A DNA stretch of 64,000 nucleotides from Mobula hypostoma (Eukaryota). Position numbers and translations under genes: made by a program. How positions within the stretch are numbered: the stretch's first letter is position 1; every line of letters begins with the position of its first letter. A model generated the notes under the pieces. The model had not been told where the DNA came from, searched no databases, and saw only the letters and a list, made by a program, of their open reading frames with translations. The stretch lies in NCBI RefSeq assembly GCF_963921235.1, contig NC_086108.1, forward strand, positions 94,242,001 to 94,306,000, read 5' to 3'. Shown piece by piece: positions 1-12,266 of this stretch.

Positions 1-640
1 GAGCACCAGGAGGAGATGTTAGGCAGAAGTAAGAGGCCAGAGTGGGGAATAGAAGAGGAGAGAAGGGGGAGGGGAAAATTACCAGGAGAAATCGATGTTC
101 ATGCCATCAAGTTGGAGGCAACCCAGAAAGAATATACTGTAAGGTGTGGCTCCTCCACCTTGAGAGTGGCCTCATCATGGCACAAGAGGCGGCCATGGAC
201 CAACATGATAGACCAGGGAAATTGAAATAGGAATTAAAATGGTTGTCCACTAGGAAATTCTGTTTTTGGCAGATGGAGTGCAGGTGCATGACAAAGCAGT
301 CCCCTGATTTATGCTGGGTGTGCCCAATATAGACGAGGCCACATCAGGAGCACTGGATACAGTAGATGACCCTTAACAGAAGTGTTCCCTCACCTGGAAG
401 GCTGTTGGTGAGCGAGGAGGTGAATGGGCAGGTGTAGCGCTTCTGCCGCTTAAAGGGATAAGTGTCATGAGGGAGATGAGTGGGGAGTGATGAACGGACA
501 AGGCAATCACAGAGGGAGTGTTCCCTGTGGAAAGCAGAGGTGGGGGGAGGTAAAGATGTGTTTGGTGATAGGATCTTTTTGGAGATGGTGGAAGCTGTGG
601 TGGATAATGTGTTGGATGTGGAGGCTCATAGGATGGTAGG
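1..640 (-). mobile_element. Penelope-like element remnant (linker plus GIY-YIG endonuclease region), decayed
   Basis: Minus-strand translation fragments TYHPMSLHIQHIIHHSFHHLQ...AFHREHSLCDCLVRSSLP, IYCIQCS*CGLVYIGHT and HLHSICQKQNFLVDNHFNS resemble Penelope ORF C-termini. Similar to 22614-22826. Boundaries approximate. Confidence 0.75.
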
Positions 641-1281
641 TAATAGAAGTCTAAAAAATTATGAGGAGCCAGTATATTTTCCCTGTGTCAAAATGTCTAA
701 TACTTGAGGGTGTTGTCATGGCATTTAGAAGAATTTAATTGCAATGTTCAATGTTTTGAATGGATTAGCTCACTTGATGCAGAGATGTGATTTTATTTTT
801 GTTGAGGTTGAGGAACTTGAACAAGGTGAACCATCTTAGGCAAGGGTGAGATGAGAATTTCCACTACTCAGGAACTGTAAATCTGTGAGATTTTCTACTC
901 TGCTGTGGTCAATATGTGTTTGAATACTAAGGGAATCAGTCAATAAAGATCATGAGAGAAAATAGACCTAGGGTAAAGGGCCCAATGTAACTGAAAAGCA
1001 GCTTAGGCTTGAGGTAGCCAACTACCGTCCCAATTGTTTGTATACATAACTGTAAAGCCTTGAGTCCCAGACCATCAGATCTAGAAACCCTTCAAACGTC
1101 AGGCTCCCAAACCAGCACATTTCAGCGCTGAACTGATTCCACAATCTATAGACTCACTCTCAAGGACTCTACAATTATGTTTCCAATATTATTAATTAAT
1201 TGATTATTCTTTCTTATATTTGTACATGGGTTGTTCGCCTGCCTTTGTGTGTAGTTTTTCATTGAATCCATTGTACCTAGA

Positions 1282-1605
1282 CCATAAGATACGAGAATAG
1301 AATTAGGCCACTTGGCCCATCGAGTCTGCTCTGCCATTTAATCATGGCTGATCCATTTTCCTCTCAGCCCCTTCTCCTCATCTCCCTTCATGCTCTGACT
1401 ATTCAGGAACCGATCAACCTCTACCTTAAATATACCCAATGACTTGACCTCCACAGCTGCCCGTAGCAACAAATTCCATAAATTCACCACTCTCTGGCTC
1501 AAGAAATTCCTCATTATCTCTGTTCTAAATGGATGTCCCTCTATTTTGAGGCTGTGTCCTCTGGTCTTATACTTCCCCACCATAGAAAATATCCTCTACA
1601 CATCT
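1282..1605 (-). mobile_element. CR1 LINE 3' fragment
   Basis: ORF 1338-1583 (KTRGHSLKIEGHPFRTEIMRNFLSQRVVNLWNLL) is the CR1 ORF2 C-terminus and is followed by the CR1 3'UTR/tail. Confidence 0.85.
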
Positions 1606-1704
1606 ATTATGAATGCCCACAAGAAAATTAGTCTCAGGGTAGTATATAGTGATATATACCCACTTAAAGACTAGACAATGAAGTAAACCTCTTTCTTTTC
1701 TCAG

Positions 1705-1876
1705 GTACAATACTTTGACTATCGGGATTGCTGTGGATATCCTGGGTTGCACAGGAAGCGTTGAAGAGAGAGCTGCGGTGTTGGCCAAGATTATCCAATT
1801 GGCAATGGAGCTGAAATACTCTATGGGGGATCTGTATGCCTTTTCTGCTGTAATGAAAACTTTAGACATGCCACAG
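1705..1876 (+). CDS. BCAR3: BCAR3 (NSP2/AND-34) internal coding exon, GEF-like domain
   Basis: ctttcttttctcAG|gtacaat...ccacag|GTattt. Encodes YNTLTIGIAVDILGCTGSVEERAAVLAKIIQLAMELKYSMGDLYAFSAVMKTLDMPQ, matching recalled BCAR3 sequence (IGIAVDILGCTG...SMGDLYSFSALMKALEMPQ). Confidence 0.93.
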
Positions 1877-2159
1877 GTATTTTCTTCCTCATTGCTCTGG
1901 CAATCAAAATGTCTAGTTGTAATTGGCTATATTTAGCATTTTGTAAATTAAAATCAGTAAATATAGCAAAATGATTTTGTTTTTAACATTATCTGCATGG
2001 GGAGGTTAAGTAAATCAGAATCTGAATGAAGTTTTCCATCAGCAAACACAAAGCCCTACATTAAAGGTTTGGACCTACAGTATCCTCTTGGAGCAAAGGT
2101 AATAGCTGTGATGAATGAAAAATGGGGGTATCAGCTAGTAGAAATCAGGGGAATGGGAA

Positions 2160-3150
2160 TATAAGGCAATGGTCAGACCACATTTGGAGTATTGTGAACA
2201 GTTTTGGGCCCCATATCTAAGAACGGATGTACTGGTATGAGAATAATCCCAGGAATGAAAGGGTTAATGTACGAGAAGCATTAGATGGCTCTGGGTCTGT
2301 ACTCACTGGAGTTTAGAAGAATGAAAGGGGATCTCATTGAAACCTTCTGAATATTGAAAGGCCGAGACAGAGTGGAAATGTAGTCTATGTTTTCAGTAGT
2401 GGGTGAGTCTCGGACCAGAGGGTATAGTCTCAGAATAGAAGGATGTCCTTTTAGAACAGAGATGACGAGGATTTTTTTTATAGCCAGAGGGTGGTGAATA
2501 TGTGGAATTCAGTACCACAGATGGCTGTTGAGGCCAAGTCATTGAATATATTTAAAGCAGACATTGATAGGTACTTAATTGGTAAATTCTCACGTACGGA
2601 TGTGAGATGTGGACACTCACCAAGACAATGTGAAAGTCTCTAGATGGTTGCTATACACGAATGCTCCGGATGGCTCTTGATGTGAGTTGGCAACAGCACA
2701 TGACGAACATCGAGCTCTATAACGACCTACCGATGCTCTCCACTAAAATCGAGGCAAGAAGACTGCAACTAGCAGGGTACTGTCTACGCCACCCTGAGCT
2801 ACCTGCCAGCCTAGTCATCATATGGGAGCCCAAGCACAGGAGGATGAACCCTGGGCGCCCTCCCAAGACTATGGTCAACATGCTCCTAGAAGACAGCGGC
2901 GTGGCTAATGTAGATGAACTGAACACACTGATGAGGGAGAGGGAGAAGTGGAGAGTCCGTCATCGTGCCCGACGCTAGCCCCCTCGGCCTGAGTTGACGT
3001 AGTAGTAGTAGTAATTGGTAAAGGTGGCAAAGGTTATGGGTAGAAGGCGGGAGAATGGGATTGAGTGGGAAGATACAACCATGATCAAATGGTGGAGTGG
3101 ACTTGATGGGGCAAATGGCCTAATTCTGCTCCTCTGGCTTAATGTCTAAA
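2160..3150 (+). mobile_element. CR1 LINE 3' fragment, interrupted by an RTE insertion
   Basis: [21 protein letters not shown]...GLYSLEFRRMKGDL motifs. CR1 sequence resumes after 3022. Confidence 0.8.
2587..3011 (+). mobile_element. 5'-truncated RTE-group LINE with (TAG)n tail
   Basis: LTYGCEMWTLTK...YTRMLRMALDVSWQQHMTNIELY...RRLQLAGYCLRH...GRPPKT (ORF 2661-2978). Tail tagtagtagtag. 11-bp TSD taattggtaaa at 2576-2586 and 3012-3022. Confidence 0.85.
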
Positions 3151-3249
3151 TATTTTTTGTTGTTAAATTAGTGTTGCTCTCAGTATCAGGGGGCCTGCTC
3201 AGTGGATGTGTGGAACGCTGTTCTAACATTACGACTTGTGTCTGCACAG

Positions 3250-3361
3250 ATTACACGATTAGAACAAACCTGGACCACACTGCGACGTAAACACACACAG
3301 AGTGCCATTGTCTACGAGAAAACTCTTAAACCATGTATCAAAGCTTTAAATGAGGGAAGAG
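3250..3361 (+). CDS. BCAR3: BCAR3 internal coding exon
   Basis: ctgcacAG|attaca...ggaagag|GTaaga. Encodes ITRLEQTWTTLRRKHTQSAIVYEKTLKPCIKALNEGR. 112 nt, phase consistent with neighbouring exons. Confidence 0.93.
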
Positions 3362-3782
3362 GTAAGACTTCCTGTAATGTCTCATTCATATCGTGCACCT
3401 GAGCAGCACTGCTCAACTTCGATGGAAACGGGGTGCAGAGCTTGTAATTTTATTTTGTATTTCAGTTTAATTCTTAGTTTAATTAAGTTACAGCCAGTTG
3501 GAGTGTTGATTAGATAAATGCTGGCTCTTTGTTGATTAGCAATACTCATTTCCTGTTCAGTCACAAAGCTCTGGTTTGGACTACTGTAGATGATCGCACA
3601 ATCATTACAGTAGATGCTAAGTGAAGGGAATTTTAAGATCTTTGATCTTGCAGAATATACTGTATCATTGCAAAAGAGAGCCAAATATCCCTAGTATCAT
3701 GGTGAAAGAAATGGGTTTTAAAACATTGTTTAATCTATTATATGTCATATTAATGTTATTTTGCTCCTATGACGTCTCACAG

Positions 3783-3989
3783 AAGAAGTTGCACTCAGTA
3801 AGATGACAATTCCACACCTGATGCCTCTCATTATTCTCATGGAACGGCAGTTTGTCACCTTTGAAAGCACGGAGTTGTGGGAAACCATCGATCAGGGCTG
3901 TGAAATCATGCTTAAGCACCTGGATGATGCACGATCCATTGCACACACTGCTGACGTGTACAAAATGAACACGCAACGGATTCTTGAAG
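3783..3989 (+). CDS. BCAR3: BCAR3 penultimate coding exon
   Basis: ctcacAG|aagaagtt...cttgaag|GTgagg. Encodes (E)EVALSKMTIPHLMPLIILMERQFVTFESTELWETIDQGCEIMLKHLDDARSIAHTADVYKMNTQRILE. The acceptor could shift by 3 or 6 nt because of tandem AGs. Confidence 0.9.
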
Positions 3990-5024
3990 GTGAGGATGGT
4001 GCACAACTCAAACGCTCTGTTCAGGAACACACAAGTACAGTAAACTGGTTTATTATTGTCAGATGTACTGAGGTATGGTGAAGAACGTTTTATTTTGCAT
4101 GCCAACCACACTGTACTGTCCTCGCTGAGGTATTGTGACACCAACTAGACCGTCAGCCAAACACCATTTCAAAAGGGTATCAGAATCAGGGTATAGCCTC
4201 CCGGTTCTTTGGTTATATTGCAAACTAACTGTCATGACATGGTGAACAAGGAGTGAAACTGAGAAACAACAAAATACAGTGCAATCACCATGTTGTTCCA
4301 TTCACACAGATGAGTAAGAACTTAGTTAAGTTTCCTGCAGGTAAATAGTATGCGTAAACCATTAGCTTCTACGTTAGTGTCTAATACACTCAAAAATAGC
4401 ATTCTATTTTAGCAAAATCTTATTGATGTCTTTATATAACTTCTAAATAACAAAACATCAACTTACAAACAATGCTTCTGCTGGGGAAATAACAGGATGG
4501 ACTTAGATAGAAACTTCTTTTGCTCCTAACATAAGCCTCTGGTCTACTGCCAGCCAAGGTGCTTTTATACTTTCTCCCTCCTGGCATCACAGGAAGTGAC
4601 TTAATGTAGGTCTGAAACTGTGCATTAAAATAAAAGCTGAATGTGCTTAACATAAATCAATTGCCTGAAAGGCAGAACACATACAGATCTTTCCATTACA
4701 TCAGAGCATTGAGGTAGCACAATGGAAAGCAATAACAAGAGTGTAGAATAAAGTGTTACAGTTACAGAGAAATGCCATGCAGGTAGACAATAAATGCAAG
4801 GCCATAACAAGTTGGATAATGAGGTCAGGAAGGAGGGAGGCCATGATGTCTAGAGGGAGAGTAAAATACTTTCAAATTCGTAATGATGGGAAGGTGGAAA
4901 ACAGTTTAATCAGAAACTTTATGGCTGTTCTATCTCATAACCTATCCTAGTACTGCACACATTACAATTGTTTCTTTTCCTACAATACTTTGTGCTTTTA
5001 TTAACTCTAGTTTCTTTCTTTTAG

Positions 5025-5200
5025 ATTTTGAGCCGGATGAAGAAATGCTCGAGGTATTTCAGACTGAGTTTGCAATGAGGTTGTTGTGGGGAAGCAAAGG
5101 AGCACAAGTTAACCAGACAGAACGATATGAAAAGTTCATGATGATTTTGACTGCTTTATCACGTAAACTTGAACCACCGTCTTGGCACCTGGAGCACTAG
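5025..5200 (+). CDS. BCAR3: BCAR3 last coding exon (stop TAG 5198-5200)
   Basis: tttctttcttttAG|attttgag. Encodes (D)FEPDEEMLEVFQTEFAMRLLWGSKGAQVNQTERYEKFMMILTALSRKLEPPSWHLEH*, containing the NSP-family RLLWGSKGA...RYEKF motif. Not in the ORF track. Confidence 0.93.
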
Positions 5201-5785
5201 CTGATTCTGGAAATACAACAGCAAAGACAGCCTGTTGTTAAAATACACTTTGTACAATATTCAACAATAACCCAGAAAGGATCCTTAGTTCTATATATCA
5301 GTGTTTTAGCCACTTGCTGTCTTGTACTGTATCTCAGCAGCTTGCACGCCTTTAACATTCCATGCAAAATTTTGTTGCATCTACAGAAACACCCTTGAGC
5401 TAAAACTCCAGTATACAGAAACACTTGTGTTGTTTCTGACTTAGAAATAGAGTTTTACTAGTTTACCTTTGTATCAACGTGCCATGTCACCATGGTATTG
5501 AAGATAGTTTTGCGTTGCTTTAGAGCAGCCTTTGGCACTATGTGTGGATGAAGACTCAGGCCTCAGAGAAAGCTAGTGACTTTCAACTGTATTGTTCAAT
5601 GTTGGTCATTGTAAATATTTAATATGAAAAGTAATCTTTGAATGCTTTAGCCATTTAATATATTGTAAAATTAATTGTAAATAGAATTCTGTAAGATTAG
5701 TGGTATTTTATGCAGTACTGTAAATTACTGTGCAGGACATGTATCTGTGTGACCCAATAAAATTGCACCATTTCTTTACGAGGTG
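5201..5785 (+). other. BCAR3: BCAR3 3'UTR with candidate poly(A) signal AATAAA at 5756-5761
   Basis: AT-rich, repeat-free sequence after the stop. AATAAA at 5756 with further copies downstream. The true end is not determinable. Confidence 0.55.
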
Positions 5786-7518
5786 GAAATGTTCAGACAT
5801 GAGATCCCACACAAGCATTGACAACCAAGCAAATCAGCATTAGTGGGAGCTATTTTAACCTAGCAATTTTAATTTCCATTTTAAATATTCTGATTTTCTA
5901 TTTAAGTGCTACAGATGCAGTCTGGAAATTTGCAATCACTGAAGCGAAGGAACTCAGATGACATTACATGATTACTGCCAATAGCAGGGGGACATTTTCA
6001 AGACTGTGATTTAAAATATTCAATTGGTCCTTGCTATCCAGTTAAATCCTTTGCCATCTACAAGTCTGTTGAAATTACACATAAAAACTTGCACCTAAAC
6101 ATTCCATTTGACAGGCAAGTCTCACACAAGTGTTTTCTATGGTACATACAGTACTCAGATTTGACAGAGAGATACTAGTGAATGAAATGGGCACAACTGT
6201 ACAGATGGTGGGGAAAAAAGTGTTACATGTCTGTACACTACAGCAATTCTCGCCGTCTATTACCTCTGGTAGTTGAGTTAAGGTGAACATTTACAAACAA
6301 ATAATGAACTCATGGAAAACGTGTAGCAATTCATCCCGACCAGATTTTTTCTTGCTCCTCCTCCCTTAAACACAATAAACCAAATCAGACCCATCTTCAT
6401 TCTAAATTTGTTACTACAGAAATATTTTAACTACTGTTTTACTTGCAGGCAAAATTCAATAAATATTCAATAAAGGCAACACCACCATGTTCAGGGACAA
6501 CTATCAGGCTGCTGAAGTCACCTCAACTCTGAACTGATTCCACAACTCACTTTCTAGGACTCTACAACTCCTGTTCTTAGTATTGTTTTTTCATTTGCAC
6601 AAGTTAGCTTCTTTTGCACACTGGTTGTTTGTCAATCTTTGTTTATGTATAGTTATTTTAAAATAAAATCTGTTGTATTTATTTTCCTGTAAATGCTTGC
6701 AAGTAAATGAATCTCAGGGTAGTATATGGTGACACAAATACTTTGGTAATAAATTTACTTTGACTTTGATTTGACTTAAATAGAGGAGAATACTAGTATG
6801 AGGAAAGGTTATGCCAACATCGATAAGTATGTGGAGGGTTAGATGTGCTGCAGTGTCCTATGACCCTGTCTCAGAGATGAAACACTTAATTCCTCAACTC
6901 AAACCTACCGTACATCCTCTATTGACAGCTTTGCCTTCAGCCATCTCAGCCCTAAGTCAACTACCTCACTTTTCTTGGAACATTCTCTAGCTTTTTGATC
7001 ATTTGCCATTCTTCTGTGGGTCTTTGTCGGAGAATTTGGATACAGCCGGGCTTATTTTCCTTGGAATGGGGGAGGCGGAGGAACGGTGTCATAGAAGTAT
7101 ATAACATAATTATATAATTAGGTTAGATGGTCATAATCATTTTTACTATGGTAGGTGTATTAAAAATGAGGGTATAGGTTTATGTGGGAGGGAGGAGTTT
7201 TAAATGAGATCTCAGGGGCAAGTTTTTTTTAAAAACAGAATGGTTGAGATTTGGAACACTGCCAGTGATGGTGAAATCAGATACGATTATAATTGTTAAG
7301 AGGCATATACATAGACAGACACAAACAGGAAAAAGGGGTATGGTCCCAATACAGGCAAGAAAAGATTATTATGGACACATGGGACAAAGAGCCTATTTCT
7401 ACGCTGTATAACACTGACTCTCTAGCACCACCAAAAGGCAAATTGCTGTTACTGCTAATCCCAGGTTGCCACACCTCAGTCATGAACCACCAAAGTATGA
7501 ACTGAAAATACTCAAGAC

Positions 7519-9778
7519 TAGTGGTCACCAACCTTTTTAAGCCCAAGATCCCCTACCCCAACCTCAGTGAAAGGCAAGATCTACCTACTAAATCATTTAG
7601 AGAAGAAACAGCTCAGATGGTACTTCCAATTTGAAGCCTTTTATTTGGGCGAATTGTATTTGAATTACACAAAATACTTTTGTCAAACTTTCAAATTAAT
7701 TCAAACAAGAAAACACTGTAACTAGCATATCAAACAGGCCATAGCTGTCTTTCTTTAAGAATATTACAATACTTCACACCTTTAATTCTAAGTTTCATTA
7801 TTTAATTTTATTTCAACACCAAAAATAAATGAATAAAAATTGACTGTTGCACTCAGTGTGATGACTGGGGTTGAATACTTTTTGCTAGTTCCCTGAAATT
7901 TGGCTCATAACTACAGACAGCCAGTCTGAGACAGTCTGTGAGGTGTAGGGTTGCCAACTGTCCCGTATTCCCCCCGCTAAGGTAGAACAGTCCTATGAAA
8001 CCTTTCATGCCGAAATGCTTTACGCCAAAGAAGCAATTACCATTAATTTACATGGAAAAAAATTTGAGCATTCCCAGACCCCAAAAAATAACCTTCCAAA
8101 TCATACCAAATAACACATAAAACCTAAAATAACACTAACATATAGTAAAAGCAGGAATGATATGATAAATACACAGCCTATATAAAGTAGAAATAATGAA
8201 AATTAAGCCAAAACCGATTTGTGGGGTAAAAAATCGGCACGTACGCACATGCGCACACAGGTGCCCGCGCAAGGCTTCATGGTCATGGTAATCTTTCTCA
8301 GGGTAAACACAAATGTCCCAGGATTTGACTGCTACTTTTTTCCGTTATTTGGGAGTGAGAAAGTTGGCAACCCTAGAGAGGTGTCCGTCAGTACGTCAGC
8401 TCCTGTACTTAGATTTAATAATTTTCATCTGTGAAAATGCAATTTCACATAGATAAGCTGACCCAAAGTAGGCACTGACTTTTAGTGGTATAAAACCAAC
8501 GCGCACACCACACATTGCTCGGCCCCATCAGTAATAATTGCCACCAGTTTATGAATGGGGATGTCATTTTCATGGACATATTTTTTAAAACTCATTGTAA
8601 ATATCCTCACCTCTCGTTCTTTCCTTTAATTGCAAAAGAGTGAGGAAGTCCTCCTTTGCTGTAAAATCCTGGAAAGCCATTCTGACAAATACAACAAGCT
8701 GAGCTGTTTGCATTACATCCAGGGATTCATCGAACCGTAGTGAAGAATATTCACGTCCTCTGACGGTGACTCTACCCTCCTTGTCACTGTTGCAGGACCA
8801 AGAAGTATATTACATATTGCAGTTGTGATGCCGTTTTTGTTTTTAAAGTCATTAAAAACAATGTCTGCGGTAATGACCATTGCTTCCTTGAATAAATCAC
8901 CATCTGTAAAAGGCTACTTGTGTTTAACCAAAAGGTGACTTACACGAAATGATGCTTCAATAGCAGCCTTATTTTGAGCAGCATGTTTTGTGGAAAATGA
9001 TTGCTGGGCCTTCAACCCCGATTTCAGCTCAACTTTCCAGGCACGAATTACGCTCTTTGGGGGGGTAGGTGTCTTTAAATTCCTGGTGGTTGGTGTTGTG
9101 GTGCCGCTCCAGATTCCCTCTTTTAGTCAGCGCTTGTGTTTGGTGGCACAACATACATACACACTTGTCTTTCACCAAGGAAAATAGAAATTCCTCTTCC
9201 CATTCTGGATGGAATTTGTATGTTTTCGCCTTCTTTCGTGGAGCCTCTGCTATGCTATCAGGATATCACGTGCGATTGCGTCGCCTCTGATCTGAGCCGA
9301 CATCTACGTGCCGGGCGGCACCTAATTAATTAGCTTGTTTATTTCAGCTTTTTTTCTTAAAGTTGTGCTGTGTGCAACCCAACTACCGCTGCACCACTGC
9401 ATGCTTCGTGGCCTGGAGGTTGGGGACCACTGCCATATATTAATGTTTGCAACATCAATCTTATCTAATCTGATTGGTCACTTTGATGCAGCACAGGCTA
9501 CGCTTAAAATGCGGTGCCTGGCGGGGGAACTACACACATGCACACTGGGCAGAAATAACGGAACTAAGCCCCCTCAACCCGGAGACAATCTCTCCTTAAA
9601 AACAGCTTTTTAGCAAAAATATTGCTATATTACCATTATCCTAATTAGTATTACTTACTTTTATAATGCTCACATTACAACAGTATTTGTGTATTTATTT
9701 TTGATTTTTTTTCGGGATCTACTGGGAAAGTCTCAAAGATCGACCAGTCGATCACGATCGACGGGTTGGCGACCCCTA
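7519..9778 (-). mobile_element. hAT (Charlie/Buster-like) DNA transposon, internally deleted, pseudogenised transposase
   Basis: Perfect 8-bp TSD ctcaagac (7511-7518, 9779-9786). Terminal inverted repeats (TIRs) TAGTGGTCACCAACC / TAGGGGTCGCCAACC. Minus-strand remnants KKAKTYKFHPEWEEEFLFSLVKDKCVCMLCHQ...NLERHHNTNH and C-terminal TDGHLTDCLRLAVCSYEPNFRELAKSIQPQSSH*. Confidence 0.92.
7946..8375. mobile_element. Non-autonomous hAT MITE nested in the larger hAT
   Basis: Perfect 14-bp TIR TAGGGTTGCCAACT. 8-bp TSD gtgaggtg (7938-7945) / gagaggtg (8376-8383). Splits the host transposase C-terminus. Confidence 0.9.
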
Positions 9779-11059
9779 CTCAAGACCTTCCAAGATTGCT
9801 CACTTTGGCTTACACTGAATAACTCTTGTAAATCCAAAGAAGCCATTCTTTGATAATGCATATATTTTTCAGTTTATTAAACCATTTCAATAATTACTTA
9901 CAAAAAGGCAGAAGTACCAAGGGACATTAAAAAAACTCACCCTCAGCTTCTTTCATGTGCAGTTTTCTAGAGGAGAAACAGTTCAGTCAAAAACTAATAT
10001 AAATATTTTAATAGAGTAACACATACAAAATGCTGGAAGAACTACTGTTGGACAATTATGATGGTATCTCCCCTAAACTCCGCAAAAATAAGTTCCTTTA
10101 AATTTTGGCAGACTATTATACATTAAGCTCCAATAATGAAGTCTAAGTTCACCAAAATTTAAATTTAGTTAATTAAATGGACTTGGGACATGCTGGTAAT
10201 GTTGATCTTAATATGACTTTCTTGCTGTTACTTCAGTTAAGTTCTTTGTGTAGCCCTATCTTTCCAATATTTTTGCCTTTCACAGATCATTGGCATACAA
10301 AATTATTTGTGTTCCGTTGGTACTTAGGACATTATTCATAGAACAGTAGTACAGCATGGGTCTTTTGGCTCAAAATGCTGAGCTGAGCTGAGCTTTTAGC
10401 CTACTCTAAGATCAATCTAACCCTTTCTCCTTCATCACCCTCCATTTTCTTTTATCCATATGCCTAACTAAGTGTCTCTTAAATGTCCCTAATATACCAG
10501 ATCTGAATAATCTATTCAGATGCTAGCATTTTTTGGTATTCTATTCTCACTTTTTCTCCCACCTGCCTGTTCCCTGCTTAGGCAGTCTCTCGCAATCAAG
10601 ATGAATTTCCACTCTAGATTCTCCAGGTTCTTAAATGGCTGTGTTCTGTGCAGAACCCACAGAATTCCTACAGGTGGTGTTCAGATTGTTTAAGCATAAG
10701 GCCACAACAACCAAGTGCAGGAGTAGACTGTGTGGCTCCTCTTGCCTGTTCTGCTACTCTAAGAATGTATCATTCAAAGGGGAATGGGGTGGGGGTGGGG
10801 TACGTGATTACTAATTGCATGAGATTTGCTTAAAAAATCATATATTTCACACTCCTGTATTCTCTGTATAAACCTTTAAATAAATTGCCTAACTTTGTCA
10901 ATTCCTTACATCTTTAAATAATGATGTTTTAAGCTACAATTCTATATTTTAATGCTAAGCAGTATTAAAGTACAGTAAGAACTCAAATTTGTTACTGTTA
11001 GCCTCTGACTGCTGGATTGGTAAATCCACCTTTCATACTATAATTCCAATTCATCTCTA

Positions 11060-12120
11060 AACTCCTAAACATGGAACTAATATCTCCTCTTCCAACTGGA
11101 TCCTTGACTTTCTGACCAACAGACCACAATCACAGTTCAAAGGCTAGGGAGCAAGACTGCCGTCAGAATTATTGACCACAGTGGCGCTTCACAAGGCTGC
11201 ATACTCAGCTTCCTACACTACTCCACTGTGTGGCCAGATTCTGCTCTGTGACTACGAACTTTCAGATGATACCACCATTGTTGACCAGATCTCAAATAAT
11301 GCTGAGTCAGAGTACAGGAAGGAGATACAGAGCTTAATAGCATGACAACACTCTTTCCCTCAATGTCAGCAAACCAAAAGAGCTGGTCACTGACTTCAGG
11401 AAGGGAGACAGTGAACATGCTCCTGTTTACATCAAAGGTCAGGAGGGCTCGAGTTTCAAGGTCCCAAGAGTGAATATCACAGTAACCTGCTCCAATCCAA
11501 ACACATTGATGCCGTGGTCAACAAAGGCCCACCAGTTCCTCTACTTCCTCAGGAGGTTAAGAAAATTTGGCACAGTCCTGTTGACCCTCACTAATTTTTA
11601 CTGATGCACCACAGAAAGCATCCTATCCAGATACATGATGGCTTGGTACAGCAAATGCTCTGCATGCTTGCAAGAAAACTGCAGAAAGTTGTGGACACAG
11701 GTCAGCGCATCATAGAACCCAGTCTTCCCTCCGTGGACTCCATGCACACTTTGTGCAGCCAGCATAATCGAAGATCCTACCCACTCCAGACATTCACTCT
11801 CCTCTCTTCTTTCATCAGGCAGAAGATACAAAATTGTGTAAGCACATACCACCAAGCTCAAACACAGCTTCTGTTCTCCTATTGTAAAACTAGTATTACC
11901 CTAGTACCCTAGTACGGTGAGATGGACTCTGGACCTCACAATCTACCACATTGTGATTTGGCACCTATCTACCTGCACTGCATTTGCTCTATACTGTAAT
12001 ACTTTATTATTGTTTTACCCTGTACTACCTTGATGCACCATTGTAATGAATTATTCTGTAGGGATGGTTTGCAGGACAAGCTCTGCACTGTACCTTGGTA
12101 CACAGGTCAATAATAGACCA
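11060..12120 (+). mobile_element. Rex1/Babar-type LINE 3' fragment, decayed
   Basis: WILDFLTNRPQS, QGCILS, DDTTIV, SLNVSKPKELVTDFRK and LYFLRRLRKFG motifs with frameshifts. Confidence 0.75.
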
Positions 12121-12266
12121 ATTTAATTACTTTTCATTAGAACTGGCTAGTTTTGATAAATACTGGATAGGTGGCTTATCTGAAATTCTTAATTTTAATT
12201 TCACACTATGTTGGCTGCTATATGACTGTTTCGAAAGGATATGGGAAATTATGGGCTTACAATGAG

